This document shows positions 42,919 to 58,092 of a stretch of DNA of 64,000 bases, in pieces. The stretch's first letter is position 1. Each line of letters starts with the position of its first letter. The stretch covers positions 3,424,001 through 3,488,000 of the forward strand of contig CM000151.3 in assembly GCA_000004695.1 (NCBI GenBank). Reading direction: 5' to 3'. The stretch comes from Dictyostelium discoideum. Lineage: Eukaryota. A program made the position numbers and the translations under genes. The notes beneath the pieces were generated by a model, which was not told the origin of the DNA, made no database searches, and was given only the letters and a program-made list of their open reading frames with translations.

Positions 42919-45700
42919 TTATTGTTGTTTTTTATCATGATTATCAACAATTTTAGCAATTGAAAATTGACATAATAAATTTTTAGCAGCATTTGAATGA
43001 GCATAAACTTCACCAGTAAACATTGAAGTTGCATCTTTACCAATACCCATTTTAATGTAAGCTAAACCACCTGGGTGATCATTAACAAAAGATTCGACAT
43101 CTAATACGGTTTTGTTGATTATCATTAACTTTTTATTTTCTTTTTCAACCAAATTATTAAATTCATCGATTGTCATTGATGGTAAATCTTCTTTATTGAT
43201 ACCCCAATAGATTGATTGTTTCTTTGCGTCTAAATGTTTTTGGTGCATTTGAATCATACCTTTTTCAATTTCATTTTTGGAGAAAGTTTTCAAATCATAA
43301 GCCAAGCCTAAATAATACATTGCAGAGATCAACCATTTAGTTGGATCATATTGATAGAATTTATAAGCGTTTCTATAGTCATTTGGGAATTCATGATGGA
43401 AGTTATGATAACCTTCACCAAATGTTAATATAGCAGTCACAACTGAATCCTTTGGAGTATGTTCATCATCGTATGGAGAGTCACCTAAATAATGAGCCAA
43501 TGAATTGACCAAGAATGTGGAATGTTGAACTGTAACGAGACGAAGTACACCAGAGTAGAAATAACCACCAGCCCAATCACCCCAACCTAAACCAGCTACC
43601 AATGTTGGGAAAACGAGACCCATAAAAGTGGCGATTTTAATGTAATGTTTATGTTGCCACATAACCCATGGATCGGCGTTAAGGTCGTCAATGTTTGCTC
43701 TACCGATTTTCTTTGGATCTTGTTTGAACATTAACCAAATGAAATGGGAATGCCAGAAACCCAATGAAGCTGAATATGGATCTTTATCAGTATCGAGATA
43801 ACGATGATGAGCACGATGATCTCTTGACCACCAACGACATGAACCTTCGACAGCACCTGCACCAAATAGCAACAAGATAATACGAACTGGTAAAACTGCA
43901 CTATAAGCCTTATGAGCCCAAAGTCTATGATAACCTGCTGTAATACCCATACCAGTGAAATGATAATAAATAAATGACCAAATAAATGTTTTCAATGAAC
44001 ACTCTACATTAATTAGACCATAGAGACCAATGAATGGAATACCAATTAAAATGATAACATGTAACCAATTGATTGATTTTAAAAATTCTTTAACAGTACG
44101 ACTTGTACGACTATTTGAAACGGCTTCAGCGGTTGCTTCTGCTTTCTTTTCTTGATCTGGTACCAATGGAGCTGAATCAAATGGTGAGAAAATTTCATTT
44201 GAAAAGTTTTCACTACGGATAATTAATTCTTTAAATAATTCAGTTTCAAATGTACATTCATAAATATATTCACCCCAACTCTTTTTAAATGAATTATAAG
44301 CTTTTCTTAGATTATAATGTGGAATTGAAACTGCAATTTGTCTTGGTAATGAAAAATTAATATCTTTAACAATAAATTCAAACCATTGTGGATATGTAAT
44401 ATGTACTAAATATTTTTCAACTTCAGATGATTTCTTATCACCTTTGTTATTGTTATTATTATTATTTGATTTTTCTAATTTTGAAGCAACTTGTAATTCT
44501 TCATAAAATGGAATTGATGGTAATAATGAAGCAGTTGAAAGTAAGAAATGTAAAACTAACCATGGTGCGAACCAATAATTAAGGAATCCACTTACACCTA
44601 CAAATTTAAACATCATTGGGAAGAAAATAAATCCAAAAATGTAAACAATTGCAATTGAAACGATTGCTTTGGTTTTATCTTTTTTATCTGATAAATTTTT
44701 AGTTGAGAAATAATTTTCAGACCAATTAATAATTGATAAAATCCAAAAGAATTTACCAGTTGCCCATTGTCTAATTGGATTTGTACTTTCGGTTGTGGTA
44801 TGTGCATTAATCTTGAATTGTTCACCATTTAAAACAGCTGTCGATTTCTTTTCTGCATTATTCTTTTCTGAAATCTTGTAAGATTGGAATGGATATAACA
44901 ATGGTAACATTACAATTGTTCCAATAATTGAATTAACTAATGGATTCTTTGAAAAAGTTTTATGAATACAATCATTACCAATTACCATTAACTATTAGTG
45001 TGAGAGGTTGTCATATTTTAAAAGATATTAAAAAAAAAAAAAAAATAAAAAATAAAAAAAAAGTTTTGTTGGGTTAGTGATTAGATATTTTGGAAAAAAA
45101 AAAAAAAAGATGCAAATAAAAAAAAAAAATTTTAATTATTTTTAATTATTATTTTTTTTTTTTTTTTGTTTTTGTAAAATGGGTGCTTTTTTTTTTTTGA
45201 TGGTAATCAAAAAAAAAATAAAATAACAATCATTGTGATTGAAAAAAAAAATTTGGTAGTCTGGAACTGTGACGGTTTTTTTTTTTTCCCACTTGAAAAT
45301 TTCAAGTCACTTTCAGAAAAAAAAAAAAAAAAAAAATTTTGTTTAAAAAAAATAAAAAAAAAGTGAAAATGGAAATAATAAAAAATGAATGAATAATAAT
45401 TGTATTACTTACACCAGTAACTGAGGCACCCATTAACATCCAACCAATTGGGGTTAAGTAAGATGGCATGAGAGTAATGAATGTTGCACTTAAACCAATG
45501 AATAAGATTGTTATTAAAAGTGAACATGCTGATTTAAAATTACTTGTTTCAAAAACTTCTTTTGGAAGAGATTGTAAAATTTGATCAATAGTTAATTCTT
45601 TTGGTAATGATTTTGGTTGTTTTCTAATTGGTTTAATATTTCCATACATAACAGATGGATAAACTTTCTCCTTTAAAGGAGCTCCACTTCCTTTACCCAT
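42919..45700 (-). CDS. Tri-domain membrane desaturase-like protein (about 786 aa): an N-terminal FAD2-like domain with degenerate His boxes, then a delta-9 acyl-CoA (stearoyl-CoA) desaturase, then a C-terminal cytochrome b5; 2 exons: join(45700..45413,44991..42919) on the minus strand
   Basis: The delta-9 part has three intact His boxes (HRLWAHKAY; HRAHHRYLDTDKDPY; HNFHHEFPNDY) and the cytochrome b5 part has DHPGG. Exon 1 (MGKGSGAPLKEKVYP...LTPIGWMLMGASVTG), with a GGT|GTAAGT donor and acceptor CACTAATAG, is colinear with FAD2-type desaturases across the splice (TG-LMVIGNDCIHKTF versus TGIWVIAHECGHHAF). In this domain His box 1 reads NDCIHK, box 2 reads EKNNA and box 3 is lost. Confidence 0.7.
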
Positions 45701-47005
45701 TTTTTATCTATAATTTTTTTTTAAATTTTATTTATATTTAGATTTTTTTTTTTTTTTTTTTTTTTTTATTAATATTTTATATTTTGGATTTTATTTTTTT
45801 AAAAAAAAAAGATATTTTTATTTAAGTAATTACTTTTTTTTTTTTTTTTACTTTACAATTAATTTAATTTTTTTTATTTTATTTTTAAATAAATAAAAAA
45901 AAAAATTATGTGGAAAGATAGGTATGAATTAAAAAAAGAAAAAAAAAAAAAAAAAAAAAGGTAAAATAAAAAAAATAAAAGAAAAAAAAAAAAAAAAAAA
46001 AAAATAATAAAAAATAAAATAAAATATTAAATAGCAACATTTAATCATATGATGGTGGGAATTCAGGTGGAACATGAAACCAAATTTTTTTTTTTTTTTT
46101 ATTTTCGGGATTATAAAAAATATCTTTATGAAAAAAAAAAAAAAAAAAATTTCCCCGTTTCTTATTTTTTTAATAATCTAAAAATAACAAGCAAAAAAAA
46201 AAAAAAAAAAAAAAAGCACCTGCATGCCATTTTGAATCCCATTCGCCGTAAAATTATCTATTTAAAAAATTATGATTCAAAATGTATATCTTTCGAAAGG
46301 AAAAAAAAAATGAAATCCAATTGAAAAAATATTACTGAATCTTACCACACAATGAAAAAAAAAAAAAAAAATTAATTATTAAAAGAACAAATAATAAATA
46401 GAATAGAAAAAAAAAAAAAAATTAATTTATCTAAAAAATCTTTTTATTATTATTTTTCTTTTAATTGGAACTTTAAATGACCTTTTACTTTCAAAATGAC
46501 GAATTTTCATTCACATTTTATTTTTAAAATTATAATAAAAAAAAATTTAAAAATTGGATATTTTAAATAAAATTTTATAAAAGAAACGATTAAAAAAAAA
46601 AATAAAAAAAAAAAAAAGAAGAAAAATAATAAAAAGTTTAATTTATATTAGATTTTTTTTTTTTTTTTTTTTTTTTAAATACTTGTTTTATCTTTATTCT
46701 TTTCATTTCATTCACCAAATTATTTTGATCTGAGATTAAATAATTACTTAATTTTTTTTTTTTTTTTCTTTTATTATTACCAACCTGTTAAACACAAAAA
46801 ACAAATTACTAGGAGTTTTAAAAATTATGGTCAAACTTTTTCCTTATTTTTTCTGTTTAATAATTATTATTATTATTATTTTTTTTATTTTTATTTTTAT
46901 TTTTTTTTTTGTTTAGAAAAATTATTTTTATTATTTATTATTTTAAAATTATTTTTATTATTTATTATTTTTATTTTTTTTATTTATTTATTTTTTTTTA
47001 TTTTT

Positions 47006-50000
47006 TTACTTTTTAAATTTGTTTAAAGTACTTGTACTTGTATTTAAATCTAATAAAGTTGAAGTTAATTGATTAACCATTGAAGTTAATTGTGAATCAG
47101 AGTCAGAATCTTTTTCATCAGAAGCAGCTTTAACACTTGATAAAATTTTAAATTGACAACTTAGTGTTTGTAAAACACCAATACCATGACTACATCTTGT
47201 TTGTAACATTTTATTTGAAGTTGGAGTTGATTTAATATTATTTGAAACCTCTGTTGAATATTTATTTAAAAGTATAGATATATTTCTACCACATAATAAA
47301 ATTTGTTTTTTATCACCAATTTTAATTGCATTTGCATAAGCTTCCAATTCTTTACCAATTGTACCAAGTTGTTCATTACCTGATATATTTGACATTTGAT
47401 TTGCTGCATTAATACATGAATCTTCTAATGATGCACCTTTATCACTTGGTTTAAAAGTATTAATTGGTTGTGGTGTTTTATTTGGTATTGGTTTTGTTGC
47501 TGTTGTAGTTGCTTCTGTAGTAGTAGTTGTTGTTGGTGGTACAGTTTTAGGATTTGTAGATTGAGGTTGAGTTGTTAATTTAATTGGTACTCTAGTTTCA
47601 ATTGGTCTAATTGGTTTTGTAATTGTAATATTATTTGTATTTGTTAAAATTGGTTTTTGAGGTTGTGAAGATGATCTTGGTTTATAATTTACTTGAGCTG
47701 TTGAAATGATTTTACCATTATTTGATGATGATGATGAAAATATTGGTTTAGTTGAATTTGTTTGAATTGAAACATAACGTTCAATTTTATTTGGTGATTC
47801 AACAATTGGCAATAGATTATTTGACTTAATTGAATCAACCAATTGTTTAATATCTTTTGATTTTGATTGAGAGGATTGTGATAGTTTGATACGATTATCT
47901 TCAATCTTTGGTTGATTAATACTTTGAATTGAATTTATTAAATTACAAAGTGAAGAGATTGACATATCCTTCTCAGCTTTAATTGTGTCTGTCAATTTAG
48001 ACTGTTTCAAATTCTTTAAATAATCTTTTGAAATTGAGTTAACATCAGATAATTTAGATTTCAATTGTGATTCAAATTCTTTTAATTCTTTTTCATTTAA
48101 ACCTTGTTGTTTCAATAATGGTATTAAATGATTTGATTGTAAATTTGATAGTTTTGAAATATATTCATCAATTTGTTTTGAATTATCATTGGTCACTGTT
48201 GAAACATCAATTGAATCATTTAATTTAATTAAAGTTGCTTGATATTGTTTAATTGCATTTTTAAATTGGAATATAGGATCAATTGAATCTAATTGATTTA
48301 AAATTTCATAAATTGGTGATTCAATTTTAGTTTGTAAATTCTCTAATAATTCTCTCTTCTTTTGATCATTATTATTATCATTTAAACAATTATTTGATGC
48401 AACAATTAATTGAGGTGTTAAAGTTTCAATTTCTTTTAATGATTTACCAATTATTAATTTTTTACTTTCATTTAATTTTATATCATTATTAATTAATTGT
48501 TGTTTTAATTTTGAATAATTTTCTAAAATTTTTTTTGTAGTTTCTTGAATTTTTACATTATTATTAGCATTATTATTATTATTAATTGGTTGTTGAGTTG
48601 ATTGTCTTGATAATTTTTGAATTAAATTTGAATGATTTAATAATAATTGTAATGGTGTTGATAATTGTTCATTAATTAAATTATCTAAAGTTTGTTGGAA
48701 TTGTGATCTAACTTTTTCAAATTGTTCTCTTGAAATTGGATTTAGGGGTTGTTTTAAATATTGATTAATTTTATTTGATAAATCATCGGTGGAATCATTA
48801 TTTTTACCATTTAATTTATTTTCTAATTTATTAATTGCATCTCTAATTCTTTGTTGTCTTTCTTTATCTAAATAAGATTGTTGTCTTGATAAATCGAAAT
48901 TTGAAGAATCTATACATTTTCCAGCCAATTTCTCTAAACGTTTTAAATTTACTTTAAATTGATTTTCATCTTTAATTAACATACCATTATTATCGATTTT
49001 ATTTGAAAGTTTTTTAAATTGGTCAGAGTAATAAGGTGTTTTAGAAATTAATTTATAATTTGAATTATTATTTGAAGATTGTTTTTCAATTTCATTTAAG
49101 TTTCTTTTAATTTGATTATTAATGAAACCAACTTTCTTTTGATAGGATGCTTCGGTTGGTATATCTTTTGATTGTAACATTGATTTAATAGTTTGTAATT
49201 GTAATGGTATTAATGTTGATAATTCTTTTGAACATTCTTTAATTATTAAATTTCTTTCAAAATCTGCATTATTTTGATTAGCATCAATTAATACTGCCGT
49301 TGAACTTGTTAATGAATCTGCTAATGATAATATTTCTTGATGTAATTTAACTAATGATCTTGATGATTCAACAACACCTTTTGAATCTGAATCTAATGCA
49401 TTTGATTCTAATTTATCTAATTCTTTCTTTTCATCATTAATTAATTTTTTAATCTTTTTATCTTCTTCTTCATCATCATCATCATCATTATTATTATTAT
49501 TATCATTGTTATTATTATTATTATTATTTTCAATATTTTCTTTATCAATTATTTGATTAATATTTGGATTTAAAATTAATTGTTCTAATGGTTGAATAAT
49601 TTGATCTAATAATTGTTGATGTTTTTTCTCTAATTCTTTATCATTTGGATTTGATTGTAATTGTGTTGCTTGTAATGTTAATGTTGGTATAATTGAATTT
49701 ATTGATTGTTTAATTGTATTTTGAGAGATTGTAGTTGGTGATAAATCTTGTTGTTGTTTACCTTTACCAGTTGCAAAGAAAATTGATTTTGAACAATTAT
49801 CAACACTCTCTGAAACTGTATCTAGGATTGTTAAAAGTTTTTCAATTTGATCATCACTTTTTTCACTCTCCAAGAATGATAAAGCAGCTTCAACTTGATC
49901 AACGATAGATTTCTTTACAGTTTCCAAGGAATTTGCTAAAAGTAATTGAATATTTGGATCCAAGGTTTCAGAAACTTCTTTTGAAGTCAAATGATTTGAA

Positions 50001-52756
50001 GCCAATTTCAATAGTTCACTTTGTTGATAAACTATTTTTTCAATTGATTGAGATATTAAATCATCTTTACCAACTTGATAAGCAGTTTCAATATAATATC
50101 TTGAATTAATTTGATGTTCTTTAAAACCTTTAATTATATTCTCATTAATTGGGTGTGGTTTTAATAATAAAGCTTGTTGATATGATGATAATTCTTCAAT
50201 TAATGGATTTAATTTTAATAATCTTGTTAATTCAATTATTGATTTTTTAACAGTTTTACAAGCTTTTGTTAATTGTGGATCATCATTAATTTTTGCAGTT
50301 TTACCAGCCAATGCGATTGAAGAGGATATTGAATTTTTAAATAGATTTATTGAAGAATCAATTTGATCTTTAAAATCTTGACTATTTGAATTTTGTTTAA
50401 TTTCATTACCCAATTGAATTAGTTTATCTTGCTCACCAATTAATTGTTTCAATGTAACAACTGATTTATTTGCTTCATTATTCTTTAAATATTGAATTAA
50501 ATCATTAAATAATTTTAAAAGTTTTTGGTCATTTGATAGATTTTCCAATTGTTTCAATTCTTCTAATCTTTCATTATCTCTTTTAATTTCATTTTCTTTA
50601 TTTTCTTTAATAATCTCTTTATTAATCTCTTCATTAATTCCATCAATAATTTCATCATTTAAATTTTCAATTGGTATAATTACTTGACGACCACCACCAT
50701 CACCATCATTAGTGGAGGAAGATGGTAAATTTGATAAATTTGATATATTATTAATTATATTATCTAAAATATATGATAAATTATCTTTTGAACCATTTAA
50801 ATCTTTTGATAATTCTTGATTTAATTGATTTTGATAAGATTCTAATTGTTTAATTTGATTTTCAATTAATGGTTGATCAAGCATTTGATCTTTGTAATTA
50901 TAAATTATAGAATTAATTCTATTATTTATATCTTTTTGAGTTGATTGTAATTTTGGTGAATTTGGTGTAACCGATTGTGGATGGCAATTTAATAATTGTA
51001 ATTTTAATAATGGTACAACTTCAAATGATTTCAAACAATCAATTAATGATTTTGATAAATCTGATATCAATTGATTTGATTTTAAAAACTCTTGTTTTAC
51101 ATCCTTATCAAATGGTGATTTTGAAAATTTATTCATACCAATATCTCTTCTATTTTGAACTTCTTTTAAAAGTTGATCAATTGTTTTCTTTACAAATTCT
51201 TTTAATAATGTATCATTTGATAATACTAATTCAGATTCAATTAATCCAACTAAATTTGCATTATCATTTTCTAAATCTTTTAATAATTTATCAATTAGTT
51301 TTGAATTTTCTTCAATATTATTATTATTATTATTGTTACTATTGTTGTTGATATTATTTAATAAAACTTGATTTGAAGAATTTTCTTGTTTTGATAATAA
51401 TTCATTTGAATCTGAAATTGTTGATGGTTCCATTAATGATTGAATCTTTGATAATGGTAATTTCATTGAATTTGAAATATCAGTAAATTGTTTTCTATTT
51501 TCAAGATTTGTTGAATCTTTTAAGTAAAGTTTTGCAGCTTGAATTTGTAATGGTAATAATTCTGATAATTTTGAAACTGCTTCATTAATTTCTGGATTAA
51601 TTGAACTATTATTATTATTATTATTATCATCATCTGGTGTTGTTGATGTACTTGTTATTAATGCTTCAATTTGATGTTGATTCTTTGCTAAGTGTTTTAA
51701 TGTACCAACTATTGCTTGAGTATTATTTGCAATTGAATGATCTGATAAAATGGTTAAAACATCTTCTTTTGCTTTAATTGCATTTAAAAATTGATCTTCT
51801 TTTGTTGAAACTATACCATCGATTGAATTTAAACAATCTTGAATTGATTCTAAACCTTCAATCATTTTATTAATTTCATCATTCTTTACATTTTGATTAC
51901 CTGATGATCTTGTTACTAATGTTGCTGATTGAATATATTTTTGAATTAAATCATTCTTTAATTTATTTATTGATTTTTCTAAAATCTCTTTTTCATTTTT
52001 ATTAATATTATTATTATTCTTTATATGTTGATTTAAAGTATCATTTAAAATTGGTATTAATTGTTGAATTGAATTTGAAATTGTTTCAGTTGCCATTGGA
52101 TCACCTCTACATGCTGCTCTTAATTCTTCAATACAACTTTTAGAAATACCTCTTATTAAATCATTTAGTAAATTATTATTTTCATTCTTATCAATATTAT
52201 TATTATTATTAATTTCATTATTAATTTCAATACTATTATTATTATTATTATTATTACTATTATTATTATCATTATAAATTGTTTTAATATTTGAAGTTGA
52301 ATATTGTGATGGAATTGGTGATTGAATATAATTATTTACATTTGTAAATTCTGGTAATGATAAAGTTGGTGAATTTGTTTGGATTAAATTAAAAGTATGA
52401 TTTAATTGATTTAATAATGAATTTTGATGATTTATAAATTTTTGTTTTTGTGATGGATCGTCTAAATCTGAAAAGATATCATTAACAATATCAATTAAAC
52501 GATTGGCATCCTCTACCAATTGTTGTGATAATTTAATAATATCATCGTCATCGTCATCTATAAATTGATTTTGTAATGGAGATGATAATTGATTCTCCTT
52601 TGCTTTAACTTCTAAACATGATGAATATTCAATTAAATTTGAAATAGTTTGATTTACTAATTCTCCAAATCCATTAAACTCTTCTCTATCAATCATACCA
52701 AATGAATTTTCATTATTTTTAAATTGATTTTTACAAGTTTCAATTAAATGTTTTAA

Positions 52757-52796
<40 letters not shown>

Positions 52797-53455
52797 TGTT
52801 TAGAAAAATAATATTAGTAATTATAAATTATTAATAAATTTATTGTTTATTTTTTTTATTTTTTTTATTTACCTTTTAATATCTGCATCATAAATTACTT
52901 TTAAAATTTTATAAGTTTCATTTGCAATATTTTTACAAGATTGAATTAAGTTTGACCAAGATAATTGTTTATTAGTTGTTGTTTGAAAGTTTGCAATACA
53001 ATCAATTGTGGTTTTTTTAATTGTTGACATATTTGTTGTTGTATTAATAATTTCATTATAGATACTTGGATAATTTGAATATTCTGCATCTGCTAATTTA
53101 ATTGCAATATCTGATATTGATGATGCTGCATTTGCAATTGCTGTCTGGTATTATTAAAAAAAAAACATTTAGTATCCACTATTCAATATATAAAAATAAT
53201 ATTAATAAATAATAATGTATTTATACATACAACTTCTACAACTGGTAAATTTGCATTTTTATCTTTTAATTCTAAAACTGTTAAAATAAGTTGACTAACA
53301 TTCTCTGAAAGTTGTTCTAACATTTGTTGTGCTGTTTAGATATTTATTTTACAATTTGGTAAGAATTTTTTATTTTTTTTTTATTTTTATTTTTTTTTTT
53401 ATTTTTTTATTTTTTTTGACTATTTCAAAGTTAAACTTACCAAAAGATTTTTCCA

Positions 53456-53456
<1 letters not shown>
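47006..53456 (-). CDS. Very large vinculin/alpha-catenin-family protein (about 2046 aa) with extensive Asn/Gln/Ser low-complexity and coiled-coil regions, 4 exons: join(53456..53441,53331..53231,53144..52873,52757..47006) on the minus strand
   Basis: The first exon is tiny (MEKSF + G) with a GTAAGT donor. The N-terminus (AQQMLEQLSENVSQLILTVLELKDKNANLPVVEVTAIANAASSISDIAIKLAD) aligns with the vinculin N-terminus (IESILEPVAQQISHLVIL...[20 protein letters not shown]). The C-terminus (TRCSHGIGVLQTLSCQFKILSSVKAAS...LTSMVNQLTSTLLDL) resembles the alpha-catenin tail (CHQLNICSKVKAEV...). Exon 4 continues the frame of the track's 1896-aa ORF upstream of its ATG. Confidence 0.6.
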
Positions 53457-53487
<31 letters not shown>

Positions 53488-53891
53488 ATAATGTACAATA
53501 AAGGTTATTTTTATTTCTTATTTCTTATTTCTTAATTCTTATTTCTTAATTGGTGAATTTTTTTTTTTTTTTTTTTTTTTTTTGTGAAGGGTTTTTTTTT
53601 TTTTTTTTTTTTTTATTTTTTTTTCTTTTATGTACAAAAATAATTGAATTAATAAAAAAATTAAAAAAAATTATTAAATAAAAAAAAAATAGATAAATAT
53701 TAAAACCTCTAAATATAGATTATGTACAACACAACAATAATAAAAAAAAAAAAAAAAAAAAAAAATTAAAAAAATGAAAAAAAAAAAATGAAAAAAAAAA
53801 AAAAAAATGGCTTTTAATATAGATATTTATTGACCCAACAGATAAAAACAACAAATGTTCAGGCTGAAAAAATTAAAAAAAAAAAAAAAAT

Positions 53892-53931
<40 letters not shown>

Positions 53932-54326
53932 TTAATATGGATTGGTTTATTTTCAGAAAACAAATAAAACATTCACTTATGAAAAGTATTACAACTCTGT
54001 AAAAAAAAAAAAGTTGTCCGAACATTTTTTTTTTTTAACCCAATTAAAAATTTTCAAATAATAATTTGTTTTTTTTTAATTTTTTATTTTTTTTTTTTTT
54101 ATTTTTTTTTTTTTGATCCGACATATACACTTTTTTTTTATTTTATTTATTTTTTTAATATCATGGCTTTATCTGAATTAAAATTTAACTATTTGAACTA
54201 AAAATTTTGGTTTTTTTTTTATTTTTTTTTTATTTTACATATTTCCAATTATAAACTGAAACAATATTTTTAATTAAAATTAATTAAAATTTTGATTCAA
54301 AATATGTAAAAATTTAAACATTACTG

Positions 54327-54361
<35 letters not shown>

Positions 54362-54560
54362 CCAAAAAACAATTAAATATATTTAATTTTGGATAAATAA
54401 ATCCATATTCCTTAAAATAATAATATTCAAATTGAGTTGTTTTATTTTAATTTTTTTAATTTTTTTTTTTTTTTTTTATTAAAATTATTTTTAATTTTTA
54501 ATTTTTTTTTTATTTTTATTTTTATTTTTAATATTGTATTTTCAAAACGATTTCGAAGAC

Positions 54561-55769
<1,209 letters not shown>

Positions 55770-55933
55770 AATTAAAATAATTAGAAAAAAAAAAAAAAAA
55801 AAAAATAACACATGGTATATACCTTTGTTTTTCACACCACCCAATTATTCTTTTAGAAAAGTATGGAAAAATAATTACTTTTTTTAAGAATTGTTTTTTC
55901 CTAAATTTTATTAAAAAAAAGGTAATGAATAGA

Positions 55934-56015
<82 letters not shown>

Positions 56016-56606
56016 TAATAATATAATATTAAACTCAACTGAATTGTATATTTCAAAATAAAAATAAAAAATAAATAAAATAAAATAAAAAGATTTTAAT
56101 TAAAAAAAAAAAAAAATAAACAAATAGAAAAAATTAAATTAATTAAAATCTGAATCTTTTTTTTATTTTTTATTTTTTTTTATTTTTTTATTAATTAAAA
56201 TATCATAATAATATATTTTTAGAATTAAAAAAGGGACATTCCTTTTTTATGTAAGGATAGTTATAGTGCAATAATTTATTTTTTTCCTTTTGTAATACCA
56301 TTAGTAATGTTTCATATGATGACAGAAACGAAAAAGTTTTTCTAACCACTTTTAGTTTTGTTTTGAAAAAACTGTAAAAAAATTACTAAAAAAAGTCATA
56401 AAAACTATTTTTATTTTTTTTTTTTATTTTTTTTTTATTTTTTTTTTATTTTTTTTTTTCGGGGTCAAAACCATAGTTATTTTAAAAAAGGAAAAAAAAA
56501 GATTTATAATTAATTTATTTATTATTTATTTTTTTTTTTTAATTTCTCAATAAAAGAGTGTTTTTAATTTTCTATTTTCTTTTTTTTTTTTTCTATAAAC
56601 TAATAT

Positions 56607-56637
<31 letters not shown>

Positions 56638-56658
56638 TTCTAAAAAATTTAAAAATAA

Positions 56659-56690
<32 letters not shown>

Positions 56691-56747
56691 TAATAATAAT
56701 TTCATTATCATATTTAAATAATTATAATTATATTTTAATGTATTAAA

Positions 56748-56779
<32 letters not shown>

Positions 56780-56799
56780 TAATAATTAATTTATTAAAA

Positions 56800-57378
56800 A
56801 TGAATTCTCCATCAACATTTTCAGGTGGTCGTAGAGGATCATTTTCAGAGACCAAATATATTTATAATAAATCAAGAACTGGACCATATCCAGCAAGAAA
56901 TGTATCAAGACAACAAAGAAGTTTAACATTTAATGAAACTTTTAGAGCATTATTTCCAGCAGTATTTGCAGTATTACTCTCTTTAATGGTATTATCAGCA
57001 TTCAATCATTTACATGGTAACAAAGTTATAGAGTGGATCAATGATAATGCTATAAGTATCCCAGGTTATCGTAAACATTCAACAACCGATTTAATGGAAA
57101 GACCAACAACTGAAATTATGAAAATCGATGGAGTTGGAAAACCACCCTTTGATTTGGCTGAATATGAAAAATTGGGTCCAAAAACATCTGGTTCCTACTG
57201 GGCAAATAAAGGACGTGGTCAAGAATATCAAAATATGAAAAATAGAAAAATTGACTACAAATCAATGATAAATACAAAATATCAAAGTTATGGTCCATTT
57301 GCTTCATCTTCTTATTATGAAAATATTGGTAAAATGAAAGAATATGAAGATAGAAAAATTTCAAACCAATTTAATTAA
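56800..57378 (+). CDS. Hypothetical single-pass membrane protein (192 aa), single exon
   Basis: A genuine ATG, one hydrophobic segment (ALFPAVFAVLLSLMVLSAF) and a Lys/Tyr-rich C-terminus. No family is recognised. Confidence 0.45.
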   Translation: MNSPSTFSGGRRGSFSETKYIYNKSRTGPYPARNVSRQQRSLTFNETFRALFPAVFAVLLSLMVLSAFNHLHGNKVIEWINDNAISIPGYRKHSTTDLMERPTTEIMKIDGVGKPPFDLAEYEKLGPKTSGSYWANKGRGQEYQNMKNRKIDYKSMINTKYQSYGPFASSSYYENIGKMKEYEDRKISNQFN

Positions 57379-58092
57379 ATTAAAATAATAATAATAATAA
57401 AAAAAAACAAATAATATAAAAAAAAAAAAATTAAAAAAATTAAAAAAAAAAAAAAATTTAAAATAAAATAAAATAAAATAAAATACTTTAATTTTAATTA
57501 AAAAAAAATAAAAAAAATTAAAAATTAAAATAAAAAATACCCAATTAAAGTTTAATAATATAAATAAAACTTTCCTTTTGAAGTTATTTTTTAAATCTAA
57601 TTTTAAATCCTTGTTTTTTTTTTGATAAAAAAAAAAAAAAAAAAAAAAAGTTTACATTTTCCAAAATAAAATTTAAAATAAATATGAATATCCAATTAAA
57701 AACAAATAAAGTTTTTTAAAAATATAAATATAATAACATTTTTATCTAACATATAGTTTTAATCTAGTTTTAAAATCTGTGTTTCTATTTTAACTCATGA
57801 TAGAAAAAAATAAAAAAAAAAAAAAAAAAAGAAATATAAAATATTACTTGAAAATGAAATAAATTTTTACAAAATAATACATTCATACATCCACTACTAA
57901 AACCATCCATTTATTTAATTTCTTTTTTTTTATTTATGATAATTATTTATTAATTTTTTTTTTTTTACTTTTAATTAATTTAATTTTTTTTATATAAAAA
58001 AATATAAAAAAAAGAATAAAAGAATAAAAAGTTTTTATTTTATTTTTCCATTTTTAATCAAATATTATTAAAAAAAAAACAAAATTTTAAAA

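Noticed and set aside
42919-44988. The possibility that the 689-aa ORF is two adjacent genes (an FAD-like gene and a delta-9 desaturase) rather than one
   Set aside because: There is no stop codon, no frame change, and no splice-donor/acceptor pair at the domain boundary. A single 2073-nt open frame in DNA of about 75% AT cannot be maintained by chance, so I treat it as one CDS. Transcript confirmation is still needed.
56310-56400. An ATGATGA (C-box-like) motif in a GC-richer island
   Set aside because: There is no matching D box (CTGA) and no terminal stem at an appropriate spacing.
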